Origin: Prorocentrum cordatum
Lineage: Eukaryota
Reading direction: 5' to 3'
NCBI GenBank assembly: GCA_963575745.1
Contig: CAUYUJ010000197.1
Span: 1 to 64,000 of the forward strand
DNA length: 64,000 bases
The notes under the pieces were generated by a model. The model was not told where the DNA came from. It was given only the letters and a program-made list of their open reading frames with translations, and made no database searches. Of the stretch, positions 1 through 37,425 are shown one piece after another. The position numbers and the translations under genes are program-made. Position 1 is the first letter of the stretch; each line of letters opens with the position of its first letter.

Positions 1-775
1 GTGTGAGCCTGCGCGTGCGTGTGCGGGCGTGTGCGTGTGCGCGTGCGCGTGCGCGTGCGCATGCGCGTGTTTGTGCGCGTGGGTGTGCGTGTTTGTGTGT
101 GTGTGCGTGTGCGTGTGTGTGTGTGTGTGCGCGCGTGGGTGTGCGTGTGTGTGTGTATGTGTGTGAATGCGCGTGCGCGTGCGTGTGTGTGTACGTGTGC
201 GTGTTGCGTGTGCGCGGGCGCGGGCGTGTGCGTGTGCGAAGTCGCGCTTGCGTGTGTGCGCGTGCAACTTGTGAGTGTGCGTATGAGTATGATGTGTGCG
301 CGGTGGACGGGGTACTTGTGTGTGATGCGCGTGACGCGTGCGTGTGCTTACGGCGTTGTCGCGCGTGCGCGTGTGTGGTGTGTGTGTGCGTGCGTTGTGC
401 GGTTCATGTGCGCGTTGCGGTGCAGTGTTTTTTGTGCGTGTGCGTGTGCGCGTGCGCGTGTGCGTGTGCGTGTGCGTGTGCGTGTGCGTGTGCGTGTGCG
501 TGTGCGTTTGCGTGTGCACCTGCGCGTGCGTGTGCGCGTGCGCGTGAGTGTGCGTATGCGTGTGCATGTGCGTGTGCGTATGCGTGTGCGAATGCGCGTG
601 CGTGTTCGTGGGCGCGTGCGTGTGCGCGTGCACGTGTGTGTGCGTGTGCGTGTTCGTGTGCGCGTGCGCGTACGTGTGCGTGTGCGCGTGCGCGTGCGTG
701 TGCGTGTGCGTGTGCGTGTGCGTGTGCGCATGCGCGTGCGTGTGCGCGTGTGTCTCTGTGTGTGTGCGTGTGTGA
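1..775. repeat. Degenerate (GTGCGT)n/(GT)n microsatellite
   Basis: Alternating purine-pyrimidine tract read directly; it generates the spurious ACAC/RVRV ORFs. Confidence 0.95.
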
Positions 776-1261
776 TCTTGTAGTGAGAAGCAAAGGCGTG
801 TAGAGTGTATTGCAGATCGTTGACGCCTCCAGGGTTCACCATAGTCCTCCTCATCCTCCTCCTTCCCTTCCTCCTACTTCGTTCCTAGTCTTCCGCATTC
901 TCACCCGTCTCCTCCTGGCACTGGCAGTGACGGCATCGGAGCCCCTCGGGACGCTGCCTTCACCCCCCCCAGCGCGCTTTGCCGCGGGGGGGGTTGTTCA
1001 GCTCCGCGGCGGCGCTCTGCCCCACCAGGGAGGACGGACACGAATTGACCAAAATAGATATTTTTCCTCGTCATCCTCCTGCGCCTCCGACCGTCCTCCT
1101 CCTGCTTCACGGTGGCCGCGTTGAAAACGGCGTTGAGACGAAGGAGATGCTGGGTTTGGCTGCCAGCGGTGGCTGTATCGCTGGCAAGCCGCATATGGTG
1201 GACAGCGGCAGCGGTGGCGTTCGCGCTGTGGCTCAATGGCTCACGCCACCCTTGATGCCGT

Positions 1262-1550
1262 CTCCTCCTATTACTCCTCCTCCTCCTCCTCCTCCTCCTC
1301 CTCCTCCTCCTCCTCCTCGTCCTCCTCCTCCCTATTATCATCACTCTCATCACTCTCATCCTCATCCTCACCCTTCTTTTCATCCTTCCTCCTCCTCCTC
1401 CTCCTATCCGTGCTTCTCCGCTTCTAGCTCCTCCTCCGCCTCCTCCTCTTTCTCCTCCTCCTCCTCCCCTCCTCCTCCTCCTCCTCCTCCCCTCCCTGCT
1501 ACTCCAATTCCACCTCCTCCTCCTCCTCCTGGCTCCTCTTCCTCCTCCAG
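1262..1550. repeat. (CCT)n microsatellite
   Basis: Direct reading. Confidence 0.9.
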
Positions 1551-1729
1551 TCCCCCATTTACTCCCAGCTCGTCGCCTCATTGCTTCTAGTGCTTCCGTT
1601 TCCGTTTCCGCGTCCGAGCCAGCTCCCCCGTTCCTGAGGAGGCTCCCGCCGCCCGACCGGCGGGTCGGGCAGGCCTGGCAGAGGTCACCGATGACCCTCA
1701 GACCTGCCTAACACTCCTCTACAGCCCTA

Positions 1730-1905
1730 CAGTCGAAACGCTGTCATAAGGAACCCTCAATAGGGAACGAGGCCCCTTTTCTCCATCAGTTAAACTTCCA
1801 TTCCCCGTAGAAAGACTAAGGATTACCAAAGAAAAGCTGCAAAACAATGAAGGAACACTGAGCCCCTCCCCAACAAAAATGGTTCCTTCTTCAGCGGCCC
1901 GACTG
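1730..1905. mobile_element. MITE family A (Tc1/mariner-pogo-like, TA target duplication)
   Basis: TA|CAGTCG..GCTG..AAGGAACC at the left end and GGTTCCTT..CAGC..CGACTG|TA at the right end form imperfect TIRs. Related copies lie at 16195-16381 and 52786-52961. Confidence 0.75.
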
Positions 1906-2939
1906 TATCCAGCCCACGACTGCATTCCTTCCAGAATGAATCGTTTCGCAGTCGCTGCAGGGCCCCCTTGCCGGCTTTGCCCGCCACCTTTTGGGCGAGG
2001 ACCTGCGAGCATTCAAGCTCTGGCCGTTGTCCACACTCGACGGTCGCCACGAAACCACAACCCATCTCGCGCTTCTCGCTTCCTGGGAAACCAGAAAGAA
2101 CCAATACCGCTACTCCCCAGACCTCTCCCACGGTGCGTTCTGACCAACATTTTGAAGCGAATCCAACCGTGGCGTCCAGGCCCAAAAAGGCGAAAACAAG
2201 GCAAGGGTAGCGGTATCAGTACCTCTTCCTCCTCTCAGCCTCTCCCTCGCTCCTCCTCCCAGCGCAGCAGTCTTTTTCCCCGCTGGGCCCGGGAGCTGTG
2301 TCGGGCCCAGGTGCGCGCTGGCACGCGCCGGAGAGAGCCCCCGAAGCGGGCGTCGCTCGCACTGAGAGAGCGAGGAGGGCAATGGAGAAGGCGAGAAAGA
2401 AGGCGAGGGGGGTGTTGCGGGGAGGAGGAGGATCAGGAGGAGGAGGAGGAGGAGGAGGAGGAGGAGGAGGAGAGAAGGCGAGGGAGGGCGAGGAAGGAGG
2501 CGGGAGGAAGGCGGCGAGGAGGAAGGCGACGGGGAGGGCAACGGGGAGGGCGAGAAGGAGGAGGAGCAGGAGGATGCTTGAAGTGATACGGCGCTGAGGC
2601 GCCTTAACCCCATTCGTGGGACCACAAGCCTGGTGTACCACCCTGATGTGCCCCTCGAGGACAGGGCAGCCATGGAACTACATCATGGAGAGCTTCTCGG
2701 GAATTGTACTGGCGGAAGGAGTAGCAGGAGGGATCCGAAAGGGGCGGAACGGGACGGAATGGAACCACTGACAAAGTCAGGACAGCAACTGCTTACAGGA
2801 TACAACACTGGGTCTCGAGCCCCTGTGAAACCCGTCGAGGAAACTTCCTCGATGAGGAGGGGGCGAGGGAGGGAAAGAAACGAAGGGGCAAGAGGAGGGG
2901 GAACCTTCTCATCATCCCCCCTTCCTCCTCCTGGTCGTA

Positions 2940-3047
2940 ATTCCCCTCCTCCTCCTCCCCCTCGTCCTCTTCCTCCTCTTCATTATCCCTCCTCCTCCTC
3001 CCTCCTCCTCCTCCTCCTTCTCCTCCTCCTGCTCGTCCTCGTCCTCG

Positions 3048-3079
<32 letters not shown>

Positions 3080-3420
3080 CTCCTCCTCCTCCTCCTCCTC
3101 CTCCTCCTCCCCCTCATCCTCCTCCTCCTCTTCCTCCTTCGCTTCCTGATATTTCAGCTTCCCCTCCTCCGTCGGGGACGCCCGAGTACTCGCCATCGAA
3201 CAAGATCAAAGGGGGTCAACTCCTCCTCCTCCTCCTCCTCCTCCTCCTCCTCCTCCTTCTCCTCCTCCTTCTACTCGTCCTCGTCTTCCTCCTCCTTGTC
3301 ATCGTCCTCTTCCTCCTCATCCTCCAACTGCTCGTCCTCGTCCTTGTCCTCGTCCTCCTGGTTGTCCTCCTCCTCCTCCTCATCATCCTCCACCTCCTCA
3401 TCCTCCTCTTACTCCCTCTC
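2940..3420. repeat. (CCT/CGT)n microsatellite
   Basis: Direct reading. Confidence 0.9.
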
Positions 3421-3439
3421 CTCCTTGACCCCAGCACCT

Positions 3440-3453
3440 CAGCATCATCATCG

Positions 3454-3484
<31 letters not shown>

Positions 3485-4234
3485 CATCATCCTCATCAGC
3501 ATCAGCATCAGCATCAGCATCAGCATCATCATCATCACCATCATCACCATCATCTTCTCAGCATCATCATCATCATCATCATCATCATCACCATCATCAT
3601 CATCATAGCCATCAGCATCGCTATCATCAGCAGCAGCATCATCATCATCACCATCATCACCATCATCATCAACATCGGCAGCATCAGCATCAGCATCATC
3701 ATCATCACCATCATCAGAATCATCGTCATCACCATCAGCAGCAGCAGCATCATCACCATCACCATCAGCATCATCATCATGATCATCATCATCATCATCA
3801 TCATCATCAGTATCATCATCATCGTCGTCATCATCATCGGCCTCATCATCATCGTCAGCATCCTCATCATCCTCATCCTCAGCCTCATCATCATCATCAT
3901 CAACAACAGCATCATCATCATCATCAGTGCCATCACCCTCATCATCATCATAATCATCATAATCAGCAGCATTATCATCATCATCATCATCAGCAGCAGC
4001 ATCATCAGTGTCATCATCATCAGCATCATCATCATCACCAGCATCACCAGCATCACCACCACCGCCACCATCACCATCATCACAACCATCACTATCATCA
4101 TCGGCATCATCATCACCATCATCACAATGATCACCATCATCATCGTCGTCATCCTCATCATCATCGTCGGTGTCGGCATCGTCATCATCATCAGCATCAT
4201 CACCATCAGCAGCAGCATCGTCATCATCATCATC

Positions 4235-4288
<54 letters not shown>

Positions 4289-4774
4289 GCCAGCATCATC
4301 ATCAGCCTAATCATCAGCATCATCCACAGCATCATCATCAGCAGCATTCTCATCATCATGAGCTGCCGCAGCATCAGCATCAGCATTACCAGCAGCATCA
4401 TCATCAGCAGCAGCATCATCATCCTCATCCTCACCCTCATCCTGAGCCTCCTCCTCCAACCATCAGGATCATCATCATCAGCACCATCATCAGCGTTGCC
4501 ATCATCATCGTCAGCATCAGCACCAGCATCAGCATCATCATCTTCGTCAGCAACAGTGCCATCATCACCCTCATCATCATCCTCATCCTCATCCTCATCC
4601 TCATCCTCATCAGCATCATCATCATCATCATCCACACCATCAAAATCATCATTTTCATCAGTATCATCAGCACCATCACCGTCTGTATCAGCATCATCCA
4701 CATCATCATCAGTATCATCAGCATGACCATCAACTCATCATCAGCATCACCATTAGCATCATCAGCACTAGCAT

Positions 4775-4808
<34 letters not shown>

Positions 4809-4841
4809 GGCAGCATCAGAATCATCACCACCACCACCTAT

Positions 4842-4891
<50 letters not shown>

Positions 4892-5966
4892 GATCATCAG
4901 CAGCAGCAGCAGCAGCCCCATCATCACCATCATCATTAGAACCAGCATCATCGTCATCACCATCATGTGCATCCTCCTCCGCATCATCAACAGCATCATC
5001 ATGATCGTCGTCATTACTGGCACCGTTCCTAATCATCAATATCATCATGACCAACATCACCACCACCGCTACCGCCAACAGCATCATCGTCATCATGATC
5101 ATCACCAGCGTCGTCCGCCTCCTCATCATCGTCGCCATCGCTGCCATCATCATCACCATCAGCATCCGCATCCTCATCCTCATCCTCACCATCGTCAGCA
5201 TCAGCATCAACATTTACATCATCATCATCATCAGCGACAGCATCAGCATCATCAGTATGATCACCACCACCATCGTCATCATCAGCACCACAGCCATCAT
5301 CACCAGAATCCCGAGCATCATCATCATCAGTAACATCAGCATCAGCATCATCATCATGATGATCATCAGCATCATCAGCATCATCATCGTCGTCATCATG
5401 ATCCTCATCATGTTCCGCATCCTCATCCCCGTCCTCCTACACGGCATCCTCATCATCACCAGCATCATCATCAGCATCATCATTATCATCAGCATCAGCA
5501 TCAGCATCAGCAACAACATCAACATCACCACCGCCGCCACCATCATCATCAGCATCAGCATCAGCATCGTCATCCGCCTCCTCGCCATCGTCGTCGAAAA
5601 CAGCAGCAGCGTCATCAGCATCATCAGCATCATGAGCATCAGCATAATCATGAGCATCATGACCACCGCCACCACCATCATCATCGTCGCCGGCATCATC
5701 ATCAGCATCATCACCACCATAGCCATAAGCATCGTCATCATGATCAGCATCAACATAATCAGGATCATGAGCAGCAGCATCACCATCATCATCAGCAGCA
5801 CCATCATCGCCACCACCGCTCCTCATCATCGATATGATCACCATCATCAGCATCATCAGCATCACCATCATCACCACCACTACCGCCACCATGTTCATGA
5901 TCATCGTCGTCGTCCTCCTCCTCATCGTCGTCATCGTCGTCATCATCATCATCAGGCCACCGCTAG

Positions 5967-6005
<39 letters not shown>

Positions 6006-6239
6006 CATCAGCATCATCATCATCATCAGCAGCATCATCAGCAGCATTGGCATCATCACCAGCATGATCACCACCACCACCATCATCATTAGCAGCATCA
6101 TCATCACCATCAGCATCAGCGCCATCATCATCCTCCCCATCGTTACCTTTGACGACAACAGCAGCATCATCAGCATCACCAGCGTCATCATCATCAGTGT
6201 CATCATTACCAACATTCCCACAATCGCCATCATCCCCGC

Positions 6240-6304
<65 letters not shown>

Positions 6305-6929
6305 TCATCATCAGCGGCATCATCATCATCATCATTATCATCATCATCATCCACACCAAAATCAGTATCATCAGCAACATCATCAGCATCATCACCGTCA
6401 GCATCGTCATCATCGTCATCGTCATCGTCACCAACACTGGCACCGTTCCTCATCAATCCAATCATCATGATCACCACAACCACCACCACTTCCGCCACCA
6501 GCAACATCATCATCCTCCCCATCATCGCCGTCATCGGCGTCCTTATCAGCATCATCATCACAACCATCAGTCATTCATCATCCTCATCATCATCATCATC
6601 ATCATCGTCCTCATGAGCATCATCAGCATCATCACCATCAACGACGCATCAGCATACTCATCATCAGCAGCATCAGCATCATCAGCATCACCATCATCAT
6701 CAACATCAGCATTAGTATCATCATCATTAGCAGCATCATCATCATCATCAGCAGCAGCATCATAATCAGCTTCATCACCATCGTCAGAATCATCATCATC
6801 ACCGCCACCACCATCATCATCATCAGCATCATCATCGACGTCCTCCTCGTCACCGTCGTGGACAACACCAGCAGCATCATCAGCATCATCAGCTCCATTA
6901 TCATCAGCAGCATCAGCATCATCAGCAGC

Positions 6930-6962
<33 letters not shown>

Positions 6963-7086
6963 GTCATCCCCATGTTCATAGTCATAATCAGCATCATCAG
7001 CATCATCAGCATCAGCATCAATACCATCGTCATCGTCATGATCACCATCAGCATCATCACCCGCATCAGCATCATCAGCATCGTCC

Positions 7087-7131
<45 letters not shown>

Positions 7132-7439
7132 GCATCAGCATCACCACCAGCATCATCGTCATCGTCATCAGCACTGGCACCGTTCCTCATCATCAATATC
7201 AGCATCATCATCGTCATCATCACCACCACCACTACCGCCACCATCATTATCCTCGTCATCATCATCATCATCACCATCAGCAGCAGGATCCTCATCATCA
7301 TCATCAGCATCAGCAGCATCAGCACCATCATCACCACCATCATCATCAGTAGTATCAGCATCACAATAAGCATCATCATCGCCATCATCAGCTTCAGCAT
7401 CATCATCATCATCACCGTCGTCATCATCATGAACATCAA

Positions 7440-7486
<47 letters not shown>

Positions 7487-7789
7487 CAACCATCATCATC
7501 AGTATCCCGCAGTCATCATCATGGTCATCCTCCTCGTTATCGTCGTCGACAACAGCAGCATCATCAGCATCATCAGCTTCATCATCATCATCACCACCAC
7601 GATCATCATCGTCATCATAGCCATAATCAGCATCATCATCAGCAGCATCACCAGCATCAGCATCATCACCATCATCAGCATCATCACCAACATCAGCATC
7701 AGCATCGGGATCATCATCAGCATCGTCATCATCGTCCTCATGATCGTCTTCATCATCATCAGCATCATCATCATCGACATCCTCCTCAC

Positions 7790-7839
<50 letters not shown>

Positions 7840-7985
7840 GCATTATCATCAGCAGCAGCAGCATCGTCATCGTCCTCGTCCTCATCCTCGTCAGCGTCAT
7901 CGTCCTCCTCCTCCTCGTCATTGTCGTCGTCAACAGCAGCAGCGGCAGCAGGAACATCGTCAGCAGCAGGATCAGCATCATCAGA
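3440..7985. repeat. ~4.5 kb degenerate (CAT/CAG/CAC)n tract with higher-order structure
   Basis: Continuous trinucleotide array. The landmark ACTGGCACCGTTCCT recurs at 5016, 6436 and 7173. Confidence 0.95.
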
Positions 7986-8031
7986 GGAAGGCAGGGCAAG
8001 AAGACGAGGGTGGGCGAACGGCTGCAGCCCC

Positions 8032-32166
<24,135 letters not shown>

Positions 32167-32491
32167 CTGCGGCGGGGCCGGCGGGGAGCTCGCGCCCGCG
32201 GCTGCTACGCCCGAGCCGCTCGCTCGCGGCGCCGCTCGCGGGGGCCCCCTCGCCCGCGGCGATGCTCGCGGCGGGGGGCCCCCTCGCGCTCGAGCCTGCC
32301 GCGGCGCTGGGCGCCGCTCCGCCCAGGGGGGCCGCCCGCTCGCGGCTCGCTCTCGCCGAGGATCCCGCCCCTCGCCCGTGCTCGGACACCGACCCGGCCA
32401 GAAGTCCACCCCCGCGGCCCCCCCGAAAAATTTGCCGCCGCGCCCCGAGGCCCCGAGCCGGAGTGCCCTCGGGCCCCCCGTGGCCCTCGGC

Positions 32492-32655
32492 CCCCAGGAT
32501 TGCAGATACGAAAAGGGCCCAAGCACCAGATTGTCGAGGTCTCTCGGGTCCCGGGCGTGCCTCCCGCGGTTCCCCGGCGCTCCCCGCATGACATTGCAGA
32601 GCACACTGAGCTCCGTGACGGCCGGGCAGAAGCCCAGCGCCAACTGTAGAGGCCT
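32492..32655 (-). CDS. Tentative upstream PH gene exon(s): RPLQLALGFCPAVTELSVLCNVMR / DLDNLVLGPFSYLQSWG
   Basis: Unique sequence in one frame. A GC donor at 32491 gives the right phase into FLKKW, and a 42-nt GA-AG intron at 32541-32582 is possible. The match to PH beta1 is imperfect. Confidence 0.35.
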
Positions 32656-32909
32656 CCTGGATAGGCTCCAAGGAGATAGGGTCGGAGCATCGCGCCGCAT
32701 CGGCGATGCATCGTCGATGCATCGCCGATGCATCGCCGATGCAATGGCGATGCATCGGCGCCGTCGGCGTGGAGAAAATCGGGCTCTACATCGAGCCGCA
32801 TCGGCGATGCGTCGGCGATGCGGCGCGATCCTCCGGGCCCTCTGCTCGGACCCCGCCCGGGAGGCCTGGAGCGGAGAGAAGCAAAAGCAAAAAAAATGTA
32901 AACGTAGGT

Positions 32910-33012
32910 CTGCGCGGATTCCTGGGATCGGCGATGGGCCCCCTCCTTGGCGCGCGGAGCGCGCCAAGAAGGCGCCGCCACAGGGCAGCGCCGACCCAAG
33001 ATTTCCGCCCGG
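32910..33012. mobile_element. MITE family B copy (diverged)
   Basis: GCGCGGATTCCTGGGATCGGCG at the left end and the internal hairpin CTTGGCGCGC-GGA-GCGCGCCAAG. Confidence 0.6.
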
Positions 33013-33109
33013 ACCTCCGAAATGATCCCACCAGTCCTTCGGAGTGTGAGTGGTTCGGGGGCGTTTCCTCTTCCGCCCACCCCTTCTTCCCCTTCGGGCA
33101 GGGGTTTAT

Positions 33110-34239
33110 CACTGTTCCCTATTGATAACCACCCCCTCCCTCAGGCGACTGGCTGCCAACCATGACCAATGCGGACCCCAGACCACCCCTATGAAAAAAA
33201 CATGTAAAGTCCGCGTTGGGGCAAATGCTTGAGTCATGATCGGGGGGGCCGCGAGCACATTGTATTGCTTGTTGACGGGAGCGGCGGGGGTGTCCGCATA
33301 TTGCCTGCTGTGCGCAGGGCCAGCATCCCTGTCAAAAACAATACAAAATGCACTTCGAGGCAAAATCTGGATCATGCGCGGGCACCCCCCAATCACTGTT
33401 CACTGGTTTTTGACTGGGACGGCGGGGGTGCTGGCAGACACTATGATGGCCACCCCGCCGCGATTGCGCACTGGTTTTCGACGAGGGTGGTGGGGGCCGA
33501 CACAGTTCCCGATGTGTACTGCCACGTGCGCAGGCGCACATGACACACTCTGCGCGTGTCCGGAACGTGGCGCACCTGGCGCGGCTGGAGCATGCGGGGC
33601 ACATGTCGCACGCGGATCTCGTCGCGCATCTGGCGCAGAAGGCATGCCTGGCACGCTTCGACCACAGGGGTGCTGCCTGGCGCACCTGGCGCGCGTGGCG
33701 CGCCTGGCACGAGTGGCGCACATCGCCCCAGCGTTGCGCACATGGGATTTGGTTCCCATCAGCTGTCCATCCAAAGACGATCGCTGAACATGCTGCGGCT
33801 CGGGTGCTACTCATGTGTTGGCGGGGGGGGTGAAGTGAGCGAGACGGCTGGCGGGCGGAGAGGGCGTCTTGATCACTGTCCCCTGCTAATATACACCCCA
33901 TCCCCCAGGCGACCGGCAGCCAACCAGGAACAACGAGAACCCCACGAGGACCCCCCAAACCATACTCTGGCTCCAAATTCGGCGCATGCGCAACCAATTC
34001 GATGCGAGACCCCCCCACCACCCCTGTCAAAAAACCAAACAAAATACACTTTGGCGCAAAGTCTGGAGTCATGTTCGTGAGGCCCGCAGGCAATGTGTAT
34101 TTTTGTCCCAACCATCCTGTGGAATTGGGTCCTTGGTTTGAAAAGACAGCGCCCCGCGTCTGCTCCTTCCTCCTCTCTCTCCTCCTCCCTCCCCCTCCTC
34201 ACATCCCTTGCCACTGCCCTCCGCATGTCCTCATGATCG

Positions 34240-34304
<65 letters not shown>

Positions 34305-36790
34305 TGCAGCATCAGCATCATCATCATCACCACCACCATCAGCATCATCATCATCATCAGCAGCAGCAGCAGCATCAGCATCAGTATCAGCATCAGCATC
34401 ATCGCCGTCGTCATCGTCATCGACGTCATCATCACCATTATCGTCGCACCCAGTACAGCGCTTCGTGGCCCCATAGGGAGCTCCACCGAAGGTCCCACTG
34501 GCGCAGTTCGCATGCGCCTCCCCCACCCAGTATATACAGCGCTTCGTGGCCCCATAGGGAGCTCCACCGATGGTCCCAGTGGCGCAGTTCGCATGCGTCC
34601 CCCCCACCTAGTACAGCGCTTCGTGGCCCCATAGGGAGCTCCACCGATAGGGAGGTTTACCGAAGGTCCCAGTGGCGCAGTTCGCATGCGTCTCCCCCAC
34701 CCAGCACAGCGTTTCGTGGCCACATCGGGAGCTCGACCGATGGTCCCAGTGGCGAAGCCCGGATGCGTCTCCCCCACCCAGTACAGCTTTTCGGGGCCAC
34801 ACCGGGAGCTCCACCGAAGGTCCCAGTGGCGAAGCCCGCATGCGTCTCCCCCACCCAGTACAGCGGTTCGTGGCTCCGTAGGGAGCTCCACCGACGGTCC
34901 CAGTGGCGCGGTTCGCATGCGTCTCCCCCACCCAATACAACGTTTCGTGGCCCCATAGGGAGCTCCACCGAAGGTCCCAGTGGCGCAGCTCGCATGCGCC
35001 CCCCCAGCTAGTACAGCGTTTTGTGGCCCCATAAGGAGCTCCACCGACGGTCCGAGGGGCGCAGTTCGCATGCGTCTGCCCCATTCAGTACAAAGCGTCG
35101 TGGCCCCGTAGGGAGCTCCACCGATGGTCCCAGTGGCGCAGTTCGCACGCGTTTCCCCCATTCAGTACAGCGCTTCGTGGCCCCATAGGGAGCTCTACCG
35201 AAGGTCCCAGTGGCGCAGTTCGCAGGCGTCTTCCCCACCCAGTATAGTGTTTCGTGGACCCGTAGGGAGCTCCACCGAAGGTCCCAGTGGCGCAGCCCGC
35301 ATGCGTCTCCCCCACCCAGTACAGCGCTTCGTGGTCCCGCAGGGAGCTCCGCCGACGGTCCCAGTGGCGAAGCCCGCATGCGTTTCCCCCACCCAGTACA
35401 GCGCTACGTGGTCCCATAGGGAGCTCCACCGAAGGTCCCAGTGGCGCAGTCCGTATGCGTCTCCCACACCCAGTACAGCGTCTGTGGCCCCATAAGGAGA
35501 TCCACCGACGGTCCCAGGGGCGCAGTTCGCATGCGCCCCCCCTACCCAGTACAGCTTTTCGTGGCTCCGTAGGGAGCTCCACCGAAGGTCCCATTGGCGC
35601 AGTCCGTACGCGTCTCCCACACCCAGTACAGCGTGTCGTGACCCCATTGGGAGTTCCATCGAAGGTCCGAGTGGCGCAGCCCGCATGCGTCTCCCCCACC
35701 CAGTACAACGTTTCATAGTCTCGTAGGGAGCTCCACCGACGGTCCCAGGGGCGCAGCCCGCATGCGTCTCCCCCACCCAGCACAGCGCTTCGTGGCTGCA
35801 TAGGGAGCGGAGCCCCACCGAAGGTCCCAGTGGCGCAGTCCGTACGCGTCTCCCACACCCAGTACAGCGTGTCGTGACCCCATTGGGAGTTCCATCGAAG
35901 GTCCGAGTGGCGCAGCCCGCATGCGTCTCCCCCACCCAGTACAACGTTTCATAGTCTCGTAGGGAGCTCCACCGACGGTCCCAGGGGCGCAGCCCGCATG
36001 CGTCTCCCCCACCCAGCACAGCGCTTCGTGGCTGCATAGGGAGCGGAGCCCCACCGAAGGTCCCAGTGGCGCAGCCCGCATGCGTCTCCCCCACCCAGTA
36101 CAGCGTTTGGTGGCCTATCAGGGGGCTCCACCGAAGACGAGACCTACAACTGCGGTATTCACAACTGCATATGGCTGGGTTCTTCGCCAGGCGAATGTTT
36201 GACCAGGACGGCGGGGGTGTCAGCGTATTGCCTGCTGCGCGCAGGGCTACCATCCCTGACAAAAAAAACATACAACATGCACCTCGCGGCTAAATCTGGG
36301 CCATGCGCGGCAACCCCGAGATCACTGCCAAATGGTATGGTTCTTGACAGGGACGGCGGGGGTGCTGACCTATTGCCTGCTGTGCGCAGGCCCACCAGAC
36401 ACAATGATGGGCATTGGTTTTCGACAAGGCTGGTGGGGGCTGGCATGTTTCCCGATGTGTGCTATCACGCGCGCAGGAGCAACTGACACACTCTGCACGA
36501 GCCCCGAACGTGGCGCACCTGGCGCGGCTGCGTATGCGGCGCACCTGTCGCACGTGTATCACGTCGGGCATCTGGCGCACCAGGCGTGCCTGGCACGCTT
36601 CGGCCACCGGGGTGCCTGGCGCACCTGGCGCGCCTGGCACGCGTGGCGCACCTCGCCCCAGCGTCGCGCACATGGGCTCGGTTTTGGTTCCCATTAGCTG
36701 TCCATCCAAAGACGATCGCTGAACATGCTGCGGTTCGGGTGCTACTCGTGTGTTGGAAAAGCGGGTGGGAGTGAGATAGACAGCTTGCTA
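33110..36790. repeat. Two copies of a ~760-bp unit, the second split by a 2-kb insertion
   Basis: 33110-33200 resembles 33873-33960. 33280-33850 resembles 36208-36788 (for example CCATCCAAAGACGATCGCTGAACATGCTGCGG occurs in both). Confidence 0.8.
34101..36135 (-). mobile_element. Composite SINE-like element: ~22 x 77-bp satellite + (GAT/GCT)n + conserved tail
   Basis: The unit CAGTACAGCGCTTCGTGGCCCCATAGGGAGCTCCACCGAAGGTCCCAGTGGCGCAGTTCGCATGCGTCTCCCCCACC spans 34451-36135. A microsatellite lies at 34230-34445. The minus-strand tail reads TTTTCAAACCAAGGACCCAATTCCACAGGATGGTTGGGACAAAA. Confidence 0.7.
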
Positions 36791-37403
36791 TCTAGGAGGG
36801 TAGCTTGACCCCTCCCCCTACCCCCTCCCCCTCGACCTGGACGGGGCGGTTCCAAGACGGCCTCGGCGAGAAGGCCAAAATCATTGATGTACTAAGTTGT
36901 TGGTCCCATTTTGGCCTCCTGCGGGGGCACCGCTATTCAAGTACGCCCCCTTCTTTGATCGAACGCCTCCAAGATGGCTCAAAAACAGTTTCCGAGGCTC
37001 CCAAAAGTGATCCTCGCGCCCAGGAGGCCGCGAGAGGCCCCTAAGAGGTCCCCCAGAGGCTCCCCAAAGACCCCCAAGAGGTCCCATGAGGCTCCCCCAA
37101 GGCACCCAAGACTCTCCAAGAGGGCCCAGCGACCTACAAGAGGCCCCCAAGACGCACCAAGAGGCCTCCAAGAAACTATCAAGAGACATCCAAAGAAACT
37201 CCGAGAGGCATCCAAGAGGCCTCTGGCCTTCCTGCTCGCCCTCCTCATCCTCCTCCTACTCCTCCTCCTCTTCCTCCTCCTCCTCTTCCATGTATTCCTC
37301 CTGCTCCTCCAACTCCTCCTCTCTCTTCCCTACTCCACCTCCTCCTCCTCCTCCTCCTCCTCCTCCTCCTCCTCCTCCTCCTCCTCCTCCTCCTCCTCCT
37401 CCT

Positions 37404-37425
37404 TCCGTAGCCATTTTGGCTCATG
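37404..37425 (+). other. Relict dinoflagellate spliced leader (DinoSL)
   Basis: TCCGTAGCCATTTTGGCTCATG versus the known DinoSL DCCGTAGCCATTTTGGCTCAAG: 21/22 identical. It is not followed by the GT donor of an SL-RNA gene. Confidence 0.92.

Noticed and set aside
2630..2660. LVYHPDV as a DnaJ HPD motif
   Set aside because: No flanking J-domain helices and no compatible exons were found.
34451..36135. CRISPR-like appearance of the 77-bp, 88-bp and 102-bp arrays
   Set aside because: Whole monomers are homologous with no unique spacers, no cas genes are present, and the context is eukaryotic. These are satellites.
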